Shown: one piece after another, positions 27,073 to 35,983 of the stretch
Numbering within the stretch: position 1 is the stretch's first letter
How the letters are laid out: each line of letters starts with the position of its first letter
NCBI GenBank assembly: GCA_027002825.1
Contig: JALWZG010000053.1
Span: forward strand, 613-60,029
Source of the DNA: a candidate division WOR-3 bacterium
GTDB taxonomy: Bacteria > Hydrothermota > Hydrothermia > LBFQ01
Direction: 5' to 3'
DNA length: 59,417 nucleotides
Position numbers and translations under genes: made by a program
The notes under the pieces: generated by a model
Database searches by the model: none
Seen by the model: the letters and a program-made list of their open reading frames with translations, nothing else
What the model was told of the DNA's origin: nothing

Positions 27073-28356
27073 TCACCTCCTTATAACTTTTTTAGTCCCC
27101 CTGGGAGTCCTCACGAAATAAACCCCCGGTCTATCGGGCAGCCTCTCGTACCTCCGTCCGGATGCGTCGTAGACTTCCACGGGTTTTCCGCATACGTTTT
27201 CTGTCATCTCCTCAACGTTAGTAGCAATACACTGCAGGTTGATGGTATAAGATGCGGATCCGGTGGAAACTGATGAGCCTTTGCTGACGCTCTGGTTTTG
27301 GACGGATACGGTTATGTTTGAGGGGGAAACGGATGAACTCACAAAGGAGAGGTTGTAATGGGAGGCACACGGAAGGGACCCATCCGTTCCCACGCTTATG
27401 ATGGCTATGCTGTCCGTGTAGGCGTCGGCCTCTCCAACGGCGTAGAGCCTTCCACCCGATAGGACCATCCCATGCAAGGATATGCTCAGGGAGGAGGCGT
27501 ACTCCTTTGACCAGATTACGTTTCCGGACGTGTCTATCTTGAAGAGCTCGTCCCAGTCGCCGGCTAAGTAGAGATTTGCACCTTCACCCGCCTCAATTCT
27601 GGCGAGGTAATAGGTGTTTTCCCTCTTTGCCCATACGACGCTGAGGGAGTTGTCCAGCTTTAGAAGGTTGTAGTCCGAGGAGACGAAGAGGTTGCTCCCC
27701 ACAACTGCCATTCCTATGGTGATGTTGCCGCCCGTGCTGGCGTAAGCCCCCATGGTTCTGGCGAGGGATACGTTCCCGGAGGCGTCGGTCTTTATCAGCA
27801 CGAGGTCGCGACTGTAGGTCGTATCAAGAAGGCCTATTACGTACCCGCCGCCGTAGGGTGCGAGCGTGTTCACGAGTCCCGGAACGCCGTAGCTCTTGGC
27901 CCAGTTCACGTTCCCGCTCGTGGTGAGGGAGAGCAGGAGGGGGTAGTAAACGGAGGACAGGTAGCTCTCAAAGAGGAATATCAGGTTTCCGCCGGAACTG
28001 GTCATCTCCCGTACGTTGTTGTATAGGCCGGGGAGGGTGTAGGAGTAGCCCCACTGCTCCGAGCCGTCGGCGGCGAGGGAGTGAATGTGGACGTCGCTTC
28101 CGTACCCGTCCACCACCACGTAGCCGCTGGCGTGGGTGAAGACGCCCTCGCAGTAGCTGGAAAGGGACCTCGCCCAGGCTACGCTGCCGGAGGGGTTGAC
28201 CTTGAACACCCTGTACCCGGTGCATACCACAGCCCCGCTGTCAAGGGAAGGGGCGACGTAGGTCCTCCAGTAGTTGCTGTGTCCCACGCCGACGAAACCG
28301 GCGCCGTAGAGCGGCATCCCCAAGAGCATCAGCGCAAATGTGCGGAGTTTTTTCAT
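27073..28356 (-). CDS. secreted beta-propeller-repeat protein, paralog of 25795-27069
   Basis: Signal peptide MKKLRTFALMLLGMPLYG, the same repeat pattern, and a near-identical tail VYDASGRRYERLPDRPGVYFVRTPRGTKKVIRR. Confidence 0.7.
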   Translation of the reverse strand: MKKLRTFALMLLGMPLYGAGFVGVGHSNYWRTYVAPSLDSGAVVCTGYRVFKVNPSGSVAWARSLSSYCEGVFTHASGYVVVDGYGSDVHIHSLAADGSEQWGYSYTLPGLYNNVREMTSSGGNLIFLFESYLSSVYYPLLLSLTTSGNVNWAKSYGVPGLVNTLAPYGGGYVIGLLDTTYSRDLVLIKTDASGNVSLARTMGAYASTGGNITIGMAVVGSNLFVSSDYNLLKLDNSLSVVWAKRENTYYLARIEAGEGANLYLAGDWDELFKIDTSGNVIWSKEYASSLSISLHGMVLSGGRLYAVGEADAYTDSIAIISVGTDGSLPCASHYNLSFVSSSVSPSNITVSVQNQSVSKGSSVSTGSASYTINLQCIATNVEEMTENVCGKPVEVYDASGRRYERLPDRPGVYFVRTPRGTKKVIRR

Positions 28357-28445
28357 GGTACGGACATGCTAAGAGGGAGAGCCGGAACTAAAACACGCGG
28401 TTGAACACACCGCGTTGAACATGAACCCGCCCTTACAATACCCCC

Positions 28446-29282
28446 ATGATAGATCCCGGCTTGAACGGTAAGGTGGTCCTGATCACCGGTGCCAACAACC
28501 CTTACGGCATCGGCGCCGCTACGGCGAAGGCCTTTGCCGCTCAGGGTTCACGCGTCTTCCTTCACTTCTTCCGCTCTCCGGAAGCTCACCCGGAAGAAGA
28601 GGCACACCGCCCTGGACCGGCCTTTTACCGCGCCCAGCAGGGCAAGACGGCGGATGGGGTACTTGAGGAGATCCGCCGAACGGGTGGGCGGGCGGAGGCG
28701 TGGGAGTGCGACCTCTCCGATCCGGCAAATATCCCCCGGCTGTTTGACCGCGTGGAGGAGGTCTTTGGGCCCGTGGACATCCTCGTGAACAACGCCGCGA
28801 GCTGGCAGGGTGATACCTTTCTACCCGGCACCGATACCTTCATCTCCACCGAAAGCTACGAGCGGAACTTCGCCGTAAACGCCCGTGCCGTCGCCCTGAT
28901 GATGGCCGAGTTCGCCCGCAGATTTGTGCGGCGTAAAGGAAACTGGGGACGTATCGTAAACGTAAGCACGGACGGGGCATCCGCCTTTCCCGGAGAGGTC
29001 TCCTACGGCGCGAGCAAACACGCCATGGAGAGCTACAGCCGCGCCGCGGCGGTTGAGCTGGGGCCCTACGGGATAACCGTAAACGTGGTCGCACCGGGGC
29101 CGGTTCAGACCGGATACATCACGCCGGAGATGGAAAAGAGCTTGAGTGCGAGGATTCCCCTGCGGAGGGTGGGAAGGCCTGAGGATGTTGCCGACGCCAT
29201 AGTGTTTCTGGCCTCGGAACAGGCCCGCTGGATTACGGGGCAGCTGCTGTACGTGGACGGGGGTAGTGTGATGCCCCTGTGA
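28446..29282 (+). CDS. short-chain dehydrogenase/reductase
   Basis: Motifs ITGANNPYGIGAATA, NNAAS and YGASKHA (YxxxK). Confidence 0.85.
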   Translation: MIDPGLNGKVVLITGANNPYGIGAATAKAFAAQGSRVFLHFFRSPEAHPEEEAHRPGPAFYRAQQGKTADGVLEEIRRTGGRAEAWECDLSDPANIPRLFDRVEEVFGPVDILVNNAASWQGDTFLPGTDTFISTESYERNFAVNARAVALMMAEFARRFVRRKGNWGRIVNVSTDGASAFPGEVSYGASKHAMESYSRAAAVELGPYGITVNVVAPGPVQTGYITPEMEKSLSARIPLRRVGRPEDVADAIVFLASEQARWITGQLLYVDGGSVMPL

Positions 29283-30367
29283 TGGGTTTAGAATACCCTG
29301 CCATGTTTTACCCTGTGCACCTTTCCCTTTTCTCCGGGGGATTTATCTCATCCCGGTTTGGGTTTCAAGGCGCAACGGTTGAACCGGCCTACTTCTGGGG
29401 TAGGGCAAAGGTGGATGTGCGACCCTTCTATTCTGACCGGATACGTCTTGACTTCAGAGGGCTACACCTGAAACTGGAGATGGGTGAGTCCTTTCTGAAA
29501 ATCGGTAAGTTCATCCCCCTTGACACCGGAAACCTGTTCGTCAACCCCTTCGGCAGGGGGTATGACGGTGCAAACCTGACCCTGAAAAGGGGCGAGATGT
29601 ACCTCGCCTTCTCGGTGTTGAAGGGAAAACCGTGGGTCTCCGACAGCACATACTACTTCAACCCCCTCGGAACGGTCATAGGACCGGGTTTTACCGCTGA
29701 CAGGTACGTGATGATCCGGAGGATCGGCTGGAGGGCGTTCACCTTTACCGAGGTGACCGTCTTCTCCACAGGTGAGGGCTTGTTTCCGGACGTTTCCGCC
29801 TTCAACCCCCTCCTCCCCGGATATCTGTACCAGTGGCTTTACGGGAGGGAGGTGAACGTGCTTTGGGGAATAGGTTGGCATGGGAAAAACCACACGCTCA
29901 GACTGGTGGTGGACGACTTCCAGTACCTCCCCTCATGGCTTAGTATAGTGCCACCTACACTGGGCGTTCGTCTTTCCGGAAAGCGTGGTCGCTTTCATTA
30001 CGACCTCCTCTGGATTTCGGCCTTTACGTTCGCCAACAGGAAACCCTGGGACGCCCTGTTGGAGTCCACCGCTTACGGCTCGGATTACGCCCACGCGACC
30101 TTCAGGATATCGGCGGGCAAAGGGAACATATCCCCCCTTCTGGAGGTGGGGGTAAAGGGAGAGGGTAGGTACAGGGGGGTGTTCAAGGAGCCGAGGATAG
30201 GGGAGTACCCACCCTTCTCCTTCCTGCACGACCCCGTCAGGGTAAGCCCTTGGGTGGGTTTCGGCCTCTCCTATGGGGATTTAACCGTCATCCTCGGATA
30301 CGGTGAAAAGGAAAACTCCGTCCAAATAGGCAAGTTCTTCCTCTGGTTCGCCCTACTCGGTGGATAA
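29279..30367 (+). CDS. hypothetical beta-rich protein, possibly outer-membrane
   Basis: ORF only, with alternating aromatic/Gly beta-strand patterns. The likely real start is ATG 29303, 8 nt after a TAGAAT box. Confidence 0.45.
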   Translation: MMGLEYPAMFYPVHLSLFSGGFISSRFGFQGATVEPAYFWGRAKVDVRPFYSDRIRLDFRGLHLKLEMGESFLKIGKFIPLDTGNLFVNPFGRGYDGANLTLKRGEMYLAFSVLKGKPWVSDSTYYFNPLGTVIGPGFTADRYVMIRRIGWRAFTFTEVTVFSTGEGLFPDVSAFNPLLPGYLYQWLYGREVNVLWGIGWHGKNHTLRLVVDDFQYLPSWLSIVPPTLGVRLSGKRGRFHYDLLWISAFTFANRKPWDALLESTAYGSDYAHATFRISAGKGNISPLLEVGVKGEGRYRGVFKEPRIGEYPPFSFLHDPVRVSPWVGFGLSYGDLTVILGYGEKENSVQIGKFFLWFALLGG

Positions 30368-30369
30368 AG

Positions 30370-30443
30370 CGCGCCCGGAGGGACTCGAACCCCCAACCTC
30401 CTGGTCCGTAGCCAGGTGCTCTATCCTATTGAGCTACGGGCGC
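30370..30443 (-). tRNA. tRNA-Arg (anticodon ACG)
   Basis: The reverse complement reads GCGCCCGTAGCTCAATAGGATAGAGCACCTGGCTACGGACCAGG...GGTTCGAGTCCCTCCGGGCGCG. No CCA is encoded. Confidence 0.9.
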
Positions 30444-30470
30444 GCGAGGTGTATATTTTAAAGGCGAAAC

Positions 30471-31013
30471 TCACCTCATAACGTCCGCCGCCCTCTGTGG
30501 GTCCTCGCTCTGGCTCAGGACGAATACAACCTCGTCCAGAACCGTCAAGACCCTTTCGCTTACACCCCCCTTCACGGCCTCATCCACAACCCTGTACAGC
30601 CCCCGTAGTATCCTCTGGGTCGCCCTGATATCCCTGACACCCGTTCCGAAGTGTAGGAGTTCCAAAACGTCTAAAACCCTTTCGTAAAGCTCACCGTATC
30701 CCTCAATCCCCCTTGCCTCCTCAAGTCTGGTCAAAAGGTCTATAAGGGCTCCCAAAACTTCGGCCACCACCGAAAACACCATCTCCCTTTCAGGCTCAGT
30801 CTTGCCCAGGCCCATCTGGTTTGACACCACATCCGTGATGTACTCCAAAACCGGCACGAGCCTGCTGTCCGGTGCAATTCCCATCGCCTCCGCGAGTGTC
30901 TTCAACATCTTGTCCATATAGCCCTTTCTCCTCTTGTAGGAATCGTAAGGCTCCATGAAATAGGACGTCGCCCATGAAGAGACCTCCACCAGTTTGTCAA
31001 CAAATCCCCTCAT
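30471..31013 (-). CDS. hypothetical all-helical protein
   Basis: ORF only. The start is set at ATG 31013 (MRGFVDKL), 10 nt after a TAAAAT box; the ORF track extends to 31070. The gene is bracketed by two tRNA genes. Confidence 0.5.
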   Translation of the reverse strand: MRGFVDKLVEVSSWATSYFMEPYDSYKRRKGYMDKMLKTLAEAMGIAPDSRLVPVLEYITDVVSNQMGLGKTEPEREMVFSVVAEVLGALIDLLTRLEEARGIEGYGELYERVLDVLELLHFGTGVRDIRATQRILRGLYRVVDEAVKGGVSERVLTVLDEVVFVLSQSEDPQRAADVMR

Positions 31014-31077
31014 GACGGAAGGTATTTTACACCCGCCATCCCGGCCGCACTTCGGCCTTATAATATACACCTCAAGG

Positions 31078-31149
31078 GCGGGAGTAGCTCAGTGGTAGAG
31101 CACCTGCTTGCCATGCAGGGGGTCGCGGGTTCGAATCCCGTCTCCCGCT
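31078..31149 (+). tRNA. tRNA-Gly (anticodon GCC)
   Basis: Sequence GCGGGAGTAGCTCAGTGGTAGAGCACCTGCTTGCCATGCAGG...GGTTCGAATCCCGTCTCCCGCT. No CCA is encoded, and the gene is followed by a T8 run. Confidence 0.92.
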
Positions 31150-31161
31150 CTTTTTTTTATC

Positions 31162-32214
31162 GTGAAGGATAAGGTGGTGATAGGGCTTTCGGGAGGGGTG
31201 GACAGCTCCGTGGCCGCCTTCCTCCTCAAGGAGGCGGGTTATGAGGTGATAGGGGCGAGTGTGGTTCTGAACCCCCACATAGACCATCCCCACTCGTGCT
31301 GCAGCGTATCATCCCTACACCTCGCCCGCAGGGTGGCGGTAAAGTTGGGGATACCGTTTAAGGTCCTGGACAGGTCCGAGGGTTTTCAGAGGGAGGTGGT
31401 GGGCTATTTTGTTGAGGAGTACAGGAAGGGTCGCACACCGAACCCCTGTCTACTCTGCAACAGGGATTACAAGCTGAAGGCCCTCTTTGACCTCGCTGAA
31501 GAGATAGGTGCGCGGTTTGTGGCGACGGGGCATTACGTGAGGAAGGGCGAATTGGAGGGTAAAGAGCTCCTGAGGAGGGGGAGGGTATTCCGGAAGGACC
31601 AGTCCTACTACCTCTTCAGAGTTCCGGCGGCTTGGATAGAGAGGTTCATCTTTCCTGTGGGTGAGATGGAAAAGGAGGAGGTTAGAAGTCTCGCCCTCAG
31701 ACTGGGCCTTCCTACGGCTAAGAGGCCGGAGTCCCAGGACCTGTGCTTCCTCGCGGGAATGGATTACAGGGATTTCCTTGAGGAGAGGGGGGTGGGACCG
31801 AGAAGGGGCAGGTTCATATACAGGGGAAAGGTGGTGGGATACCACTGTGGAGCGTACAGGTTTACCGTGGGTCAGAGGAAAGGTCTCGGTATCTCCCTCG
31901 GTAAGAGGGTTTACGTAAAGGGTATCCGCGGAAACGACGTGTTTTTGGGGGATTACGAGGACGTCGTGGTCAGACGCATAAGGGTGGTGGACATCAACTG
32001 GCACCACAGGCCGTCCGATGTGTTTGAGGCAAACGTTCAGGTCAGGGCAACCGCCTCACCCAAGAGGGCCAAGGTCTACGTGAGGGGGGAGGAGGCGGAG
32101 GTCTTCTTTGAGGATCCCGTGTTTGCACCTGCCCCCGGACAGGGTGCGGCCTTTTACGCGGGGGATGTGCTGCTGGGAGGTGGCACCATAGAGGAGGCTT
32201 CCACCGTAGAATAG
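31162..32214 (+). CDS. mnmA: tRNA-specific 2-thiouridylase
   Basis: PP-loop motif VVIGLSGGVDSSVAA, plus NPCLLCN and ATGHY. The ORF-track start (31108) lies inside tRNA-Gly. The in-frame GTG at 31162 gives the canonical N-terminus. Confidence 0.9.
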   Translation: MKDKVVIGLSGGVDSSVAAFLLKEAGYEVIGASVVLNPHIDHPHSCCSVSSLHLARRVAVKLGIPFKVLDRSEGFQREVVGYFVEEYRKGRTPNPCLLCNRDYKLKALFDLAEEIGARFVATGHYVRKGELEGKELLRRGRVFRKDQSYYLFRVPAAWIERFIFPVGEMEKEEVRSLALRLGLPTAKRPESQDLCFLAGMDYRDFLEERGVGPRRGRFIYRGKVVGYHCGAYRFTVGQRKGLGISLGKRVYVKGIRGNDVFLGDYEDVVVRRIRVVDINWHHRPSDVFEANVQVRATASPKRAKVYVRGEEAEVFFEDPVFAPAPGQGAAFYAGDVLLGGGTIEEASTVE

Positions 32215-32221
32215 GTGGGGT

Positions 32222-33715
32222 TTGAGGCGCCTCGTTTGGGTGTTGAGGTTTTTCTGGGTTCTCCTGGCCTTACTCCTCCTTTTGAACTTGGAGTTCATGT
32301 TGCCCGCAAAACCCGTCGCCCTTTTTGACGTCTCCAGGAGTGTCAGGTGGGTGTTCCCCCAAGAAGACCTCAGGAATTTGGAAGAGGAGCTGAAAAGGGT
32401 GGGTTTTGACGTCAGGAGGTTCGGAACGGATACCTCAACCGACCTCTATTCGGCCCTGAAGGACGCCCACACACCCCTCCTCCTGATCTCCGACGGTTTC
32501 CACAACGCCCCCTCCGATCCTCTCTCCGTGGCCTACGAGAAGGAGGTTTATGTTCTGATATACCCACCGCTGATGGATGTGATGGACGTTCCCAAAAGGG
32601 TGAAAGCCGTCCGTCTCAAGACCCCTGCGACGGAAGGTGAGGTTGTCGGTATGAGGGTTGAGCTCACCTCGGCCGAAAGGGATACCGTAAGCCTGGTTTA
32701 CGGTGGGGATACGCTGAGGGAGGTTGCGGGGATGACCGCGGAGTTTGAGTTCAGGGCGAGGGAGGGGGATGCCCTACTCCTCTCTTCGGGGGATACGGTG
32801 GGTTTCAAAATCTTCACGAGGAAACCGAAGGGAATAGGGGTGTTGGCCTGGACACCACTCCCCGTAGTCCGGTTTATAAGGTGGCACGTTCCGGACGCCG
32901 TGTTCATCTTCGTGAGGGACAGCATCCCGGAAACGGATTTCTCCTTCGCCGTTTACGTGGACCCTCCGCGCGAGGTGATAAACCCCTCAAAACCCGCCCT
33001 TTACGTCCTGGGTGGGAGAAGTGGGTTTAAGAGGGTTGCGGGGAGGTTCTACCTGAGGGGTGATGTTCCACCCATAAGGGAGGTGTTCCTCCCACCGTAC
33101 AGGTTTGATGAGGTGTACGAGAGGGTGGGGGATATGCCACTCGTGGCGTCAAAGGGGAACGCCCTCTTCGTCCTCTCACCGGACATCTGGAAGGTTTGGC
33201 TGGCGGATCCCCTGTCCTACGAGAGGTTTTTGGGCTACCTCAGCGGATTCCTCATCCGGGATTACGAGATCTACTTAGAGCGTCCCGTTTACAACCTCAT
33301 GGACAGGATCAGGCTACACGTCTTTCCGACCTTCCCCATGGAGATCTCCGTGGACGGGGGAAAACCCGTAAGGATAACCTCCCTTTACACCTACGAGAGG
33401 ATAGCCCACAGGGGGGACAGCGTTATAACGGTTGGGGTCTTCAAGAGGGGAGCCTTAATAGCGCGGGAGAGCCTGAGGTTCTCCCTGAGGGAGGTTTACG
33501 CGGAGGATGTGTACCTCGGAGTTGATACGCACCTTTTGAAGACCCTTGCCCGGCTTTCGGGTGGTGGGGTCTTCCGTAGCCCGCAGGAGGCCTATGAGGT
33601 CCTGAGCAGGAGGGGTAGGCTCTTCTCCCTCTCCTCCCTCTGGCCGCTCTTCCTGATGGCGGTTTTACTCGCATGGACGGAGTGGTTCATAAGGCGCAGT
33701 AGGGGGATGGTGTGA
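32222..33715 (+). CDS. membrane-anchored VWA-like protein (BatA-like, tentative)
   Basis: N- and C-terminal TM helices, the MIDAS-like motif ALFDVSRSV (DxSxS), and LLLISDGFHN. Confidence 0.45.
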   Translation: MRRLVWVLRFFWVLLALLLLLNLEFMLPAKPVALFDVSRSVRWVFPQEDLRNLEEELKRVGFDVRRFGTDTSTDLYSALKDAHTPLLLISDGFHNAPSDPLSVAYEKEVYVLIYPPLMDVMDVPKRVKAVRLKTPATEGEVVGMRVELTSAERDTVSLVYGGDTLREVAGMTAEFEFRAREGDALLLSSGDTVGFKIFTRKPKGIGVLAWTPLPVVRFIRWHVPDAVFIFVRDSIPETDFSFAVYVDPPREVINPSKPALYVLGGRSGFKRVAGRFYLRGDVPPIREVFLPPYRFDEVYERVGDMPLVASKGNALFVLSPDIWKVWLADPLSYERFLGYLSGFLIRDYEIYLERPVYNLMDRIRLHVFPTFPMEISVDGGKPVRITSLYTYERIAHRGDSVITVGVFKRGALIARESLRFSLREVYAEDVYLGVDTHLLKTLARLSGGGVFRSPQEAYEVLSRRGRLFSLSSLWPLFLMAVLLAWTEWFIRRSRGMV

Positions 33716-33719
33716 AACC

Positions 33720-34754
33720 TCACTTACCCATCGCCTCGGCGAGTATCCTCTGAAAGTCCCGTGAGTACTTTTGGGCTACGGCCGGGCTGAAGAATATGAC
33801 GACGTTCTCGTCGTTCCTCTTTCGGGCCGACCTTGAGAAGTTGTACGATCCCGTTATGACCACGGAATCGTCAACGATTATGTACTTGTTGTGCATGATG
33901 TACGGGTTTCCGTCTTTGAACACTTCAACACCCGCCCTTTTGAGTCTTCCGTACTCCGAGCCTCTGTTCTTAACGCTCCTCGCCTCCACGACACCTACGA
34001 CCTCAACCCCCCTCCTCTTGGCCCTGATCATGGCCTTTCCTATGTCGTCATCCGTGAAGGAGAAGGCCGCGAACTTTACGCTCCGGCGCGCGCCGTTGAG
34101 TATGGACACTATCCTGCGGGCTATACTGTCCTCCGGTGCGAAGTAGTTTTCAAGGTACATGCCGGAAAGACGGAAACAGCAATCGGTGTTCCTCGGAGAT
34201 GTGGGGCCGAAGAGTCTGTCCTTGAACATCTCAAGGAATTCCCTCCTGTAGTTCTCCGCTATCTGGGGTGAGCGCAGTATAAAGGCGTTGTTATCGTTGC
34301 GGTAGACGGAGGACTCCTTGAAGTTCATGGAGCCGGACCACACCGCCCTCCCGTCAATCACGATGAACTTGTTGTGCATGTAGGGTTCCCTTTCGTCAAA
34401 GACCACAGGAATTCCCTCCGATAACAGCTTCTTCGCCGCCCACTTCCCCTTCATCCTGTCGTCAAGCACCACCTTCACGTCCACACCCCTCCTCTTGGCA
34501 TCCGTCAGGGCCTCAACCACACCCTCAAGCTCCAGCTCAAACACGGCCACGTACACGTACTCCCTGGCCGAGCGTATGAAGTTCACAAGGGCTTTTTCAA
34601 CGGGATATCCTGTCCTCGTGAAGAAAACCTGAACGGGTGAGGCGGAAAGGGTCCGAGCATCCCTCTGCCTTTCCTTGGAGAGCGCCCTCCACGCGAAGTA
34701 AGCGGCCACTATCAGCAGGAGTGCCAGAGGCCAGACGTTCCTCAACCTCTTCAT
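33720..34754 (-). CDS. phospholipase D / cardiolipin-synthase-like family protein
   Basis: Two HKD motifs: HNKFIVIDGRAVWSGSMNF and HNKYIIVDDSVVITGSYNFS. An N-terminal TM anchor is present. Confidence 0.85.
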   Translation of the reverse strand: MKRLRNVWPLALLLIVAAYFAWRALSKERQRDARTLSASPVQVFFTRTGYPVEKALVNFIRSAREYVYVAVFELELEGVVEALTDAKRRGVDVKVVLDDRMKGKWAAKKLLSEGIPVVFDEREPYMHNKFIVIDGRAVWSGSMNFKESSVYRNDNNAFILRSPQIAENYRREFLEMFKDRLFGPTSPRNTDCCFRLSGMYLENYFAPEDSIARRIVSILNGARRSVKFAAFSFTDDDIGKAMIRAKRRGVEVVGVVEARSVKNRGSEYGRLKRAGVEVFKDGNPYIMHNKYIIVDDSVVITGSYNFSRSARKRNDENVVIFFSPAVAQKYSRDFQRILAEAMGK

Positions 34755-34787
34755 GGTGGTAAATGTACTGGAGAAACGGGGGTGAGT

Positions 34788-35948
34788 TCAAGCCCTCTCC
34801 CAGAGTTCCTTTATGTTGAAATCGCCTTTTTTCTCCCTTGTGCGCGTGAAGATACCGAACTTGGCCGAGTACCCGTCAAGCCACTCGTAGTTGTCAAGGA
34901 GGCTCCAGTATAGGTAGCCCTTCACGTTTATCCCCTCCCCCTTCGCCCTCTTCAGCCACCTGAGGTGCCGGGAGACGAATTCAACCCTCTCGGAGTGGCT
35001 CTCCGTGGCTATGCCGTTCTCCGTGATTATTACGGGTTTCCCAAAGGAAAACCTTTTCACCGTTTCGTAAATCCCCCTGGGGTACACCTCCCAACCCAGG
35101 GAGTTCCTCCACACACCCTCCGGGTAAACCTCTACGCCAAAGGGGTCTTTCGGGGAAAACCTGACCCTGTCCTTCGTGTAATAGTTTATCCCGATGAAGT
35201 CCCCCGTCCTGCCCAGGCTCTCAAAGCCGGCGGGGGGTAAAATCCTACCCTTTACCTCGGCGTACACCGGCAGGAAGTTGAAGGTGTAGTCCCTAAGGAA
35301 AGCGGGAATACGTCCGAGTAGGCCCACAGGTTGGAACACCCTCATGTGATGGGCTATTCCGACGGAGGCCCCTTTGACGTTTCTCTTTATCTCGCCGTAC
35401 GCCCTTACGTGGGCTTTGAGCATGTTTTTCACCACCTTCAGGGCGAGTGTTATAGACCTCTTACCCGGTGGCCACGCACCTATTACATAACCCTGATAGG
35501 CGAAAACGTTGGGCTCGTTCACGGTTATCCAGAAAGGCACATCCGGGAAGAAGGAGGACACAAATGCGGCGTACCTTCCGAAGATGATGGGGGAGTCCTC
35601 CCTAAGCCATCCTCCCGTTGCGTAAAACCAGATGGGGTTGGTGAAGTGGTGGAGCGTTATCATGGGGGTTATACCGGCCTTCAGGAGGTGATCCACAAAC
35701 CTCCTGTACCTGAGGACGGCCTCCCCGTTGAACCTACCCTCATCGGGTTCTATCCTGCTCCACTCAACGCTGAACCTGTAGAAGTTGGCCCCGATCTCCT
35801 TCAGGAGTTCCACGTCCTCCTCCATCCTCTCCCAACTCCTACACGCCTCCCCAACCGGAGGGGCTTTCCCCCTGTTCTCCCAAAGCGTCCAGTCGTTTTG
35901 AACCTTTCCCTCTACCTGATGGGCGCTCGTCGCCGCTCCGAGAAGCAC
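34788..35948 (-). CDS. glycoside hydrolase family 1 beta-glucosidase
   Basis: Motifs SAHQVEG, TLHHFTNP, TVNEPN (acid/base) and ITENG (nucleophile). At 386 aa it is rather short for GH1. Confidence 0.88.
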   Translation of the reverse strand: MLLGAATSAHQVEGKVQNDWTLWENRGKAPPVGEACRSWERMEEDVELLKEIGANFYRFSVEWSRIEPDEGRFNGEAVLRYRRFVDHLLKAGITPMITLHHFTNPIWFYATGGWLREDSPIIFGRYAAFVSSFFPDVPFWITVNEPNVFAYQGYVIGAWPPGKRSITLALKVVKNMLKAHVRAYGEIKRNVKGASVGIAHHMRVFQPVGLLGRIPAFLRDYTFNFLPVYAEVKGRILPPAGFESLGRTGDFIGINYYTKDRVRFSPKDPFGVEVYPEGVWRNSLGWEVYPRGIYETVKRFSFGKPVIITENGIATESHSERVEFVSRHLRWLKRAKGEGINVKGYLYWSLLDNYEWLDGYSAKFGIFTRTREKKGDFNIKELWERA

Positions 35949-35953
35949 TCTTT

Positions 35954-35974
35954 ATTCTAAGTCAGACGTAGAAT
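35954..35974. promoter_or_regulatory. back-to-back TAGAAT boxes for divergent GH1 and MFS genes
   Basis: attcta at 35954-35959 lies 5 nt from the GH1 GTG. tagaat at 35969-35974 lies 9 nt from the MFS TTG at 35984. Confidence 0.55.
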
Positions 35975-35983
35975 AGGTGGCGT

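Noticed and set aside
31072-31293. ORF-track entries that read through tRNA genes: 31072-31293 (minus strand), and the N-terminal extensions 31108 (mnmA), 49234 (DUF6884-like) and 59332 (pdxT)
   Set aside because: They overlap well-folding tRNA genes. Canonical protein N-termini begin at in-frame starts just downstream of the tRNAs.
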